In this document: positions 29,220 to 35,276 of the stretch, piece after piece
How the letters are laid out: each line of letters starts with the position of its first letter
How positions within the stretch are numbered: position 1 is the stretch's first letter
Virus record (IMG/VR): IMGVR_UViG_3300021963_000012
Span: 1 to 35,276 of that record
DNA: 35,276 bases
Origin: a virus
Strand: one strand, 5' to 3'
Translations under genes and position numbers: made by a program
Notes under the pieces: generated by a model
Database searches by the model: none
The model's input: only the letters and a program-made list of their open reading frames with translations
What the model was told of the DNA's origin: nothing

Positions 29220-30646
29220 TAGCGAGTACCCGCTTGCTGAATCTCTACATCCACCCCGATTGCGGTTGTCCAATCACCAGAGGGTTGGAGTTTTACGCGG
29301 TGGTAACGCCCGTAAGACCTAGCGCCTATGCGGTTCTCGCTGTTGGCAGCCGTGACCGTCGGGAAGGATACCGTCTGGTTTAACTGCAAGCGCGAGGCGA
29401 TAGCCGCACTACCAGTCCCGTTGTCTACGATGGGTTTAATCATCGTAATCATGGACTGATTGGTGTCTGCCGCAATATCTGCCGTCTCAATCGTGGCGGT
29501 CTTGGAAGCCCCCGTAAAGGTAATCAGCTTGTTGCCGTTTATCCCAAGGAGGAGCAGTTTCCCGCCTAGCCAGTTACGGCTGTCCAACGAAATACCTAGG
29601 GCATCTATGCTTGCGCTAAACGCATCCAATCCCTCTAAGGTTATGGAAGGTGTAGACACGGGAGCCACACGGGTAGCCGTTGAGTCCGAGTAAGACCACT
29701 TGCCCGTAGGAACGTGGTAGACCAAGACCCTGTAATCCAAGTCAATTGTTGGGTAGCCCCAGACCACCAAGTTATTGATGGGGTCGATGGCGGCACTCAT
29801 GTTGCCAATATCTGCTTCTCTTAACGAATTAAAGAAGTATCGGTTGACCTTCTCCGCACCTATATTTTTCAGGTTCTGCCCGTCACAGGCGTAGAAGCCG
29901 TCGTCGCCTAAGAAGTAGGTAATGCCCTGCCATTGGATGACCGAGTTAGGCTCAAAGCACCCACGGTTCCTAGCAATGTTGTCGAACTGGAATATCAGCG
30001 GGGTTCCGACGTAGGACATCCGCACGATACTGCGCTCTAGCAAGACTAGCCCAAACTCGCCACCCGTAACCCCTTGAACGAACCCGCCGTCAGGCACATC
30101 TTGGAAGTCTGCCTGTGTTGTGGCAGATGTAGTCCAAGTCTTCTCGTTGTTGATGCCTGACCATTGGACTCGGTTCTTGTTGGCGCTTTGGTAACCAGAC
30201 ACAACGAAGTCTCGCACCACGGTCACGAACTTGGCCTTGGGTGCGTCTGCGGCTAGGTCTGCAAAGGTAGTCCCAGACATAACGTCTATGTACTGCATGG
30301 TGTTGGACTCGTTAGCCGCAATCAGGGAGTTTCCGAACTGCGTGAACTTCCACCCAGACGTTCCGCTGTAAGTCACGGCAGAAATGTCGTCCCAAGAGAA
30401 GTCAGAGGTGTCCAGCTTAAAAAGTCTTGTCGTGCCAGCCGCGTAGATACTTGTAATACTGTTCGTGTCCTTGGCGGCAGCCGCAGCCGTCAGGTTTTGC
30501 GGTGCGGCATCTGAGTAGTCCACTTCCTGCGGGAACGGGCCGTAGCCTACCGCCTTTGGAAAGCAGTTTCTGGCCGTGGTCAGCGCACCGATAACCCCTG
30601 GCTGGTCAGGTAGCCACTCTCCAAAGGTAACTCTTGTTATTGCCAT
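29219..30646 (-). CDS. Tail hub / nozzle protein (P22 gp10-like by size, position and sparse motif similarity)
   Basis: 475 aa. N-terminal FGEWLPDQPG; mid-region VQWSG...DGGFVQGVTG..FGLVLLERSIVRMSY. It follows the adaptor-side genes. Confidence 0.5.
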   Translation of the reverse strand: MAITRVTFGEWLPDQPGVIGALTTARNCFPKAVGYGPFPQEVDYSDAAPQNLTAAAAAKDTNSITSIYAAGTTRLFKLDTSDFSWDDISAVTYSGTSGWKFTQFGNSLIAANESNTMQYIDVMSGTTFADLAADAPKAKFVTVVRDFVVSGYQSANKNRVQWSGINNEKTWTTSATTQADFQDVPDGGFVQGVTGGEFGLVLLERSIVRMSYVGTPLIFQFDNIARNRGCFEPNSVIQWQGITYFLGDDGFYACDGQNLKNIGAEKVNRYFFNSLREADIGNMSAAIDPINNLVVWGYPTIDLDYRVLVYHVPTGKWSYSDSTATRVAPVSTPSITLEGLDAFSASIDALGISLDSRNWLGGKLLLLGINGNKLITFTGASKTATIETADIAADTNQSMITMIKPIVDNGTGSAAIASRLQLNQTVSFPTVTAANSENRIGARSYGRYHRVKLQPSGDWTTAIGVDVEIQQAGTR

Positions 30647-31608
30647 GTGTTACTTCCCGAAGATTGTTGTGTCCAAACGTCGCTTTGGTCAGGAATAGGT
30701 GTCCATGTGTCCGAACCCGTGGTTACTTGTGTCCATGTATCGCTCTGGATACTGATGGCAGACCATGTATTTGGTTGGTCAGGTACTAAAACCCATTCCT
30801 CGCCGAACTTGTACATCGTGCAGGTAAGCTGTGCGTTGCTTGCCACCTGCCCAGAAACTGTGTAAATAATCCCCGCCAGAGCCGTCAGAGTGCCTGTCGC
30901 CACGACATCGCCGTGGACATCAAACTCAAACCCTGCGTTGGCGGTTAGGAACCCTTCTGCGGTTATAGAACCGTCTACAAGGCGAAGTCTTACCGCGTCT
31001 GCTACTAGGTCACCAGAGGCGTTTATAGCCCCTACAACGTCCCGTAGACGCGCCGCAAGGGCGCTTACCGAACCAGCCGCAGAGATACTGCCAACCGCGC
31101 TTGCAGTAGTGTTGGCGGTTGTGCTTACCTGCCCGTTGGCAGAGACGCTACCTTCTACAAACCTTGTGCGTTGTACAGAAGCAACAACATCGCCAGCAGA
31201 GGTAATTATTGCCCCTACCAATCGGGTTCTTGTGCCGTCCGCAGAGACCGTTCCCGTACTGTCAACCGCACCCTGAATCGTACGCAATCTCGTACCATCT
31301 GCCGAGACCTGTCCGTTAGCCGTAATCAGGGCTTGGGCGGTCTCAAAGAACTGAGGTATAGCGTTTACAGTACCCACTCCCGTGATGTTCTGGGGGGCGT
31401 AGATGAGGCATATCTCTGTGTCGGCAGAAGTCCAGATGGGGTCATCTAGGCTAAATGCTAGGTTGTCGATACTGCTACTAAAGTAGTCTAACTGCTCTAG
31501 CGTGTACGGGCCTTGTATCCCGCAGTCCATCCAGTTCGCGTCTAGCGAGAACGGCAAATCGTCGAGACTCCCGAAGCGGTCTAATTCTTCAAGGGTCAGT
31601 AACGCCAT
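30637..31608 (-). CDS. Repeat-built virion protein (8 x 20-aa repeats plus 5 x 10-aa xTW repeats)
   Basis: aa 97-256 form exact 20-residue periods (ANGQVSADGTRLRTIQGAVD / STGTVSADGTRTRLVGAIIT ...). aa 279-322 place TW/VW every 10 residues. The N-terminus has a duplicated TLEELD..LPFSLD motif. Confidence 0.55.
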   Translation of the reverse strand: MALLTLEELDRFGSLDDLPFSLDANWMDCGIQGPYTLEQLDYFSSSIDNLAFSLDDPIWTSADTEICLIYAPQNITGVGTVNAIPQFFETAQALITANGQVSADGTRLRTIQGAVDSTGTVSADGTRTRLVGAIITSAGDVVASVQRTRFVEGSVSANGQVSTTANTTASAVGSISAAGSVSALAARLRDVVGAINASGDLVADAVRLRLVDGSITAEGFLTANAGFEFDVHGDVVATGTLTALAGIIYTVSGQVASNAQLTCTMYKFGEEWVLVPDQPNTWSAISIQSDTWTQVTTGSDTWTPIPDQSDVWTQQSSGSNTWQ

Positions 31609-31995
31609 TTAGTCCAACGTAACCGTCAAATTGCCAGAAGTAATCTTGAGAATGTCGCCCGTGTCGATGGTCTTGGCAGTCGTAAGCGCGGTATGCATGA
31701 GTAGGTTGCCGCTAGTAACCGCGTCCAGAATCCCGATGTAGCCCACGGAACCCCATGAGGCTGTGCATTGCGGGAAGGTAACGTCCGCGCTAGAGGTAAC
31801 GATTCCACCCGAAGCCGTGGTAACGGACAGGGCTTGGCGGGCATAGGAGCCGCCAGAGACTTCCGTACCCGAACCAGCGTCCGTTGGGTCTGATGTGTAG
31901 AGTCCAACGTACACCGTCGTAGGAGAGGTGTAAGAAGTGTTGCGGAGAACGTGGTCTAGGACTTTGTTCTCTAAGTAGTTGCTAAATTCTGCCAT
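31609..31995 (-). CDS. Conserved small virion-module protein, unknown function
   Basis: 128 aa: NYLENKVLDHVLRNTSYTSPTTVYVGLYTSDPTDAGSGTEVSGGSYARQA... This pattern recurs next to phage fibre and adaptor genes. Confidence 0.45.
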   Translation of the reverse strand: MAEFSNYLENKVLDHVLRNTSYTSPTTVYVGLYTSDPTDAGSGTEVSGGSYARQALSVTTASGGIVTSSADVTFPQCTASWGSVGYIGILDAVTSGNLLMHTALTTAKTIDTGDILKITSGNLTVTLD

Positions 31996-31999
31996 TTGA

Positions 32000-32620
32000 T
32001 TACCTCGTTGTAACGGTCATAACTAAGGGAACACCAGAAAACTCACTCTCCTCGTCGGAGGTGTTGATTCTTGCAATTGCTTGGTTGTAGAGGCTCGACC
32101 ACGTTTGTGTACGCGGGTCGTTCATAAGGTAAGGCTCTGCCTCTAGTAGACTTGCGTACAGTAGCGCGTCTGGGTAGTTAGCCAAGAACTCGTTGCTAGT
32201 ATTGCTTACAGACAGTACGGCTGGCTTGAAGTAGTAAAGCATCTGCAAGACGTAGGCACTATCTGGCTTGGGCGCGAACTCTAGCTCGTTGCCCCGCATG
32301 GTGTAGAACACCGGCAGCCCAATCTGGTCTGCGCGGGCGTTGCTAGAGAAAATGCTTGGGGATGTGTAGGTGACTACCGTTCTCGGAAGCCCCTGAATAA
32401 ACACATCGCGGATAGAGAGAAAGTCGCTTGGCAACCCTACCGTCGGGTCGTTCACGGTCATCGTTGCCGTGGCCGTTTTGAGCATCCTGCGGGTACGAAT
32501 GTCGCGGGATAGGCGCAACTCCGCTAGACTGATAAAGTCGGGAATCTGGCTGGTAAGGTCACTCCGTCCGAGGTAGTTCGCTACCGATGTCTGGAGGTCG
32601 CTGAAATTCGCTAGGGCCAT
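32000..32620 (-). CDS. Head-to-tail adaptor candidate
   Basis: From ATG 32620: MALANFSDLQTSVANYLGRSDLTSQIPDFISLAELRLSRDIR, a motif common in podovirus adaptor-position proteins. It overlaps the upstream glycosyltransferase by 62 nt. Confidence 0.5.
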   Translation of the reverse strand: MALANFSDLQTSVANYLGRSDLTSQIPDFISLAELRLSRDIRTRRMLKTATATMTVNDPTVGLPSDFLSIRDVFIQGLPRTVVTYTSPSIFSSNARADQIGLPVFYTMRGNELEFAPKPDSAYVLQMLYYFKPAVLSVSNTSNEFLANYPDALLYASLLEAEPYLMNDPRTQTWSSLYNQAIARINTSDEESEFSGVPLVMTVTTR

Positions 32621-33299
32621 TGTAGTCGTTCCATGAATAAGTGTAAGACCCAACGTGCCCAATTGCGTTGGACAGGTTGTGGTCTAAATAAGTATCGAAT
32701 CCTGCGTCTTTTGCCTTGATGCAGAAGTACACGTCTTCCCCTAGCAACTTGTCGCCAGGTATCTTCTCGAACCAGAACCACGGTCTAGGAGTGTTCTCAA
32801 ACACCTCCCGCTTGACCATCATCACCCCGCAACCAATCGCGGTCACGCACTCTAGGTGGGTCTTGTCTTTAGAGACGATTGGAATCCAATGATTCTCTTT
32901 CTTCTCAAAGTCTATCTCTAGGTTCTTTGCCGTAGGTCTGACCGGCGAGGTTCTCGTTGTTGCGTTCACCCCAACTATGGGCTTATCGTGCGCCAGCAAG
33001 ACTTCTATCGTGTTCTTCGGGAACCTCATGTCTGCGTCTATCCACAGAATGTAGTCCGCACCTTCTTTTATTGCCTCTGCCGCCAGCTTCTCGCGCTGGT
33101 CAAATATCAGGGTTCCGGCAACCGTGTAAACCGCCTGGTGTCCAGACCTGTTTCTTGCGTCGTAGGCACATAGCACCGCCAAGTCAAACGCCGTTCCTAT
33201 CTCCATCTCTCCACGAGAAGGGATACAAATGGCGACTTTCTTATCGTCCCACGGTGCTTTCTGTTGTTTTTGCTTAATCTTGTCGTGAATCTTGCCCAC
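32559..33299 (-). CDS. GT-A fold glycosyltransferase inside the capsid/adaptor module
   Basis: KKVAICIPSRGEM, ADYILWIDADMRFP (DxD), IGCGVMMVKREVF and LGEDVYFCIKAKDAGF. GTG start with SD GGAGGATTTA. Confidence 0.65.
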   Translation of the reverse strand: MGKIHDKIKQKQQKAPWDDKKVAICIPSRGEMEIGTAFDLAVLCAYDARNRSGHQAVYTVAGTLIFDQREKLAAEAIKEGADYILWIDADMRFPKNTIEVLLAHDKPIVGVNATTRTSPVRPTAKNLEIDFEKKENHWIPIVSKDKTHLECVTAIGCGVMMVKREVFENTPRPWFWFEKIPGDKLLGEDVYFCIKAKDAGFDTYLDHNLSNAIGHVGSYTYSWNDYNGPSEFQRPPDIGSELPRTE

Positions 33300-33628
33300 T
33301 AAATCCTCCCCGGCCTTGTCCGTAAAAAACGGTTTGCCGGGTCATTTAGAAAAGCCTTCATGCGTTTCTGGTCTACCACAGCGAACCCCCTCATAATTCC
33401 CTTCACATTCAAGTCTGCAATGACCGAATTGGGAATCTCCGCTACCCGCGCACCATCACCCCACCGAGCGCGTTCGTCTATCTGGTTATAAGAAGCCTTG
33501 TTAGCCTCTAGGATTGGTGCGACGTTTTGTTCGTCCCTGATGACAAGCCCGCCATCTCCGTCCGCAAACCAAGTACGTTTACCCTCTATCGTTACTTCTT
33601 CGCCCAGTTTCTGCATATTCAATCCCAT
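33299..33628 (-). CDS. Conserved small protein downstream of the capsid gene (decoration or accessory candidate)
   Basis: 109 aa: ...SVIADLNVKGIMRGFAVVDQKRMKAFLNDPANRFLRTRPGRI. An alternative ATG lies at 33616. Confidence 0.45.
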   Translation of the reverse strand: MGLNMQKLGEEVTIEGKRTWFADGDGGLVIRDEQNVAPILEANKASYNQIDERARWGDGARVAEIPNSVIADLNVKGIMRGFAVVDQKRMKAFLNDPANRFLRTRPGRI

Positions 33629-33658
33629 AAAACCGACGGTGGGAATTACCCACCGCCG
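33629..33658 (-). terminator. Rho-independent terminator or attenuator just after the capsid gene
   Basis: Minus-strand CGGCGGUGGG-UAAUU-CCCACCGUCG forms a 10-bp stem with one G.U, then UUUU running into the next AUG. Confidence 0.6.
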
Positions 33659-33671
33659 ATTCTATCACAAG

Positions 33672-34625
33672 TTACGCTGCTTTGATGTCAAATACACCGC
33701 CGTGTGCTTTCTCGTTACGAACTTCGAGGGTCAGTTCGGCAAGAATCTGAGTCTTGTCAGAGTCGCCGGTCTTGGCCAGGTCATTCGTCTGGAAAGGACG
33801 GAGGTAAGCGAGGGCTGCGTACTCGGAGTCGAGCATCAGGGCATCCGTAGAACGCATGAAGCGGTCAGGAACGATGCTGATGAGACCGAAGTCCGAGAGG
33901 TAAGCACCTGCGGCAGCCACGATAGTCGTGGGTTCTGCGCCGGTCACATAACGCTGCTGTGCAACACCAGCAAAACCAGACACAGTTGCCTTGAGTCCGG
34001 GAGGAACAACCAACATTTTCGGTGTGCCGCCGTCTTCAAAGATTTGCTGTGCTACGTCCTTGAGCATGGACTCAAGGAAGGTACGGGTTGTGGTGTCCGA
34101 ACGAACGTCGGAACCGTCACCTGTCGGGTTTGTACCAGCCGAACCCTTGGATACGTTGCTGGTGATGTAGGACAGGAGCGAACCCATCTTACGAGCGCCA
34201 GAGGTAGCCGTACCGTTGGTCTTGGCTTGGTTAGCCGTGATGATTGTCTCGATGTCGCGCTTGATTTCGGAAGCGGCTTTAGCCAACTGGTAAGCCTTCT
34301 CAGACTTACGGCCAGCCTTGTCTACTGCCTCAAGCGTGCCAGAAACCTGAACGGTCTTACCAACGATTTGCGTGAAGTTGCCAACACGGGTCGTGGGAGC
34401 CAACGAGGAAGCGGCTGCGTCATCACCTTCGATGAGGGCGTTAGCAGTCGTAGCGGCGGCCAATGCGTCGGTCTGCCACTCGTGGTTGGTCTGAGTAGCA
34501 CGAGCCTTGCCGATGGACGACATGATAGGCGTGTCGGTGGGGCTGATGTCATAAATGACGTTTGCTAAGTCTTCGCGGACACCGATGCTGGTGTACCGCA
34601 GGTAGGTATTTGAGGGTACTGACAT
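33672..34625 (-). CDS. Major capsid protein (HK97 fold, SU10/DUF5309-type)
   Basis: GVREDLANVIYDISPTDTPIMSSIGKARATQTNHEWQTDAL is the hallmark N-terminal motif of this capsid family. 317 aa, directly after the scaffold. Confidence 0.85.
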   Translation of the reverse strand: MSVPSNTYLRYTSIGVREDLANVIYDISPTDTPIMSSIGKARATQTNHEWQTDALAAATTANALIEGDDAAASSLAPTTRVGNFTQIVGKTVQVSGTLEAVDKAGRKSEKAYQLAKAASEIKRDIETIITANQAKTNGTATSGARKMGSLLSYITSNVSKGSAGTNPTGDGSDVRSDTTTRTFLESMLKDVAQQIFEDGGTPKMLVVPPGLKATVSGFAGVAQQRYVTGAEPTTIVAAAGAYLSDFGLISIVPDRFMRSTDALMLDSEYAALAYLRPFQTNDLAKTGDSDKTQILAELTLEVRNEKAHGGVFDIKAA

Positions 34626-34635
34626 TTAATTCTCC

Positions 34636-35276
34636 TTAGAGGAATCGTTCGAGTAAAGCCGCCGCGTCTCGCGGGCGACCAGTTTGTTTGAGTTGCTTGG
34701 TCAATTTCTTGACCGCCTCTCCGTCCTTATCAAGGCGAGGAGAGCCGACCCCAGGTGCTAATGACTTGGGAGCCTCTGCCACTCTTTTGGAGATGGCAGG
34801 TTTTGACTTCTGCAATTTTTCGTATTGCATAGCCCGATACAGAGTCAGGACGGCGCGGTGGTCGTACACCTGCGACAACTCTTGGTCTGTCCACCCAACC
34901 GATTTGGCGTAATCTTTTATCTCCTTGCGGATAACCTCGCCCTTTACCTCATCTCCGAAGTCAGGGATGGCAGAACGTAGACGCTCGGCTTCCTGTTGGA
35001 TATGAGATTTAAGCCTCTCCTGATGTTCGGCGGCTTGCTTGGCTTGGAGTGATTCGCGTTCGGCGCGGACAGCTTGTAGCTGCTTTTCGCGTTCCATGTT
35101 CTCTGCCATCTTGACCGCGTACCCGATGGGGTCTTGGTCTTTTAAGGCAGTCAGGTCTTCCGCAGGTTGTGTCAACATCTGCTCGATGACTTGCAACCGT
35201 TGGGCATAGGTGTCCCGTAATTTGGCGGCTTCCTCTATCTTCGTGCGCTCGGATTCGACTGCCTTGCGCTGTTCGG
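34636..35276 (-). CDS. Scaffolding protein, C-terminal part (the ORF runs off the window end and continues at 431..1 via the circular junction)
   Basis: No stop between 35196 and 35276 in this frame. The track's TTG start at 35196 is internal. See feature 1..431. Confidence 0.6.
   Translation of the reverse strand, partial: EQRKAVESERTKIEEAAKLRDTYAQRLQVIEQMLTQPAEDLTALKDQDPIGYAVKMAENMEREKQLQAVRAERESLQAKQAAEHQERLKSHIQQEAERLRSAIPDFGDEVKGEVIRKEIKDYAKSVGWTDQELSQVYDHRAVLTLYRAMQYEKLQKSKPAISKRVAEAPKSLAPGVGSPRLDKDGEAVKKLTKQLKQTGRPRDAAALLERFL
35150..35276. repeat. Terminal direct repeat, copy 2 (circular-contig overlap)
   Basis: Identical to bases 1-127. It lies inside a coding region, so it is not an intergenic cos or DTR-like site. 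Confidence 0.95.

Noticed and set aside
28422-29273. A diversity-generating retroelement targeting the receptor-binding protein, as in BPP-1-like podoviruses.
   Set aside because: No reverse transcriptase ORF and no template/variable repeat pair could be found anywhere in the genome.
33498-34568. 356-aa plus-strand ORF covering the capsid region.
   Set aside because: It is antisense to a capsid gene with an unmistakable family motif. Its composition is low-complexity and R/S/G/C-rich, and all neighbouring genes are on the minus strand.
1-35276. Lysogeny module or prophage borders (integrase, CI-like repressor, attP).
   Set aside because: No tyrosine or serine recombinase motifs were seen in any frame. 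The two winged-helix proteins are too generic to call a repressor. The window ends are an assembly overlap, not att sites.

Overview
The window is one complete, circularly closed tailed-phage genome. Bases 1-127 are identical to 35150-35276, so the unit length is 35,149 bp. The scaffold gene is intact only when read across that junction.

Architecture:
- A divergent control region lies at about 10154-10276.
- A rightward (+) early operon (10277-15539) encodes recombination and regulation functions: PD-(D/E)XK nucleases, NinB/Orf, a Ref/DUF968-type HNH protein, a GT-A glycosyltransferase, a Q-like regulator, YqaJ exonuclease, a mini-SSB and an HNH-AP2 homing endonuclease.
- A leftward (-) early operon (10153 to 7947) encodes small proteins, a Rad52/Sak-type annealase and two winged-helix proteins. 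It ends at a strong intrinsic terminator (7874-7907).
- A single very long leftward late operon follows. It runs 7855 to 1, wraps to 35149 and ends at 15496. In order it carries Lys-rich mini-proteins, a Vat/CatB-class acetyltransferase, a SAM methyltransferase, a ParB-methyltransferase fusion, TerS, TerL, portal, scaffold, a SU10/DUF5309-type capsid protein, a glycosyltransferase, adaptor, hub, fibres, ejection proteins, a 876-aa glycine-rich triple-module protein, a 2OG-Fe(II) oxygenase, an HslV-like protease, an HTH-metallophosphoesterase, holin and a GH24 endolysin.

I found no integrase, DNA polymerase, primase or helicase, tRNA, CRISPR array or reverse transcriptase. The gene content suggests a podovirus of a Gram-negative, possibly marine alphaproteobacterial, host. 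That host call is tentative.

All family calls rest on motifs read by eye. No database search was run.

Most interesting items:
- the HslV-like Ntn protease with no ATPase partner;
- the acetyltransferase/methyltransferase pair plus two glycosyltransferases, one inside the capsid module;
- a translationally chained set of Lys-rich mini-proteins, several missing from the ORF track;
- a 425-nt ORF-free, highly structured intergenic region;
- the synonymously recoded triple-module glycine-rich protein.
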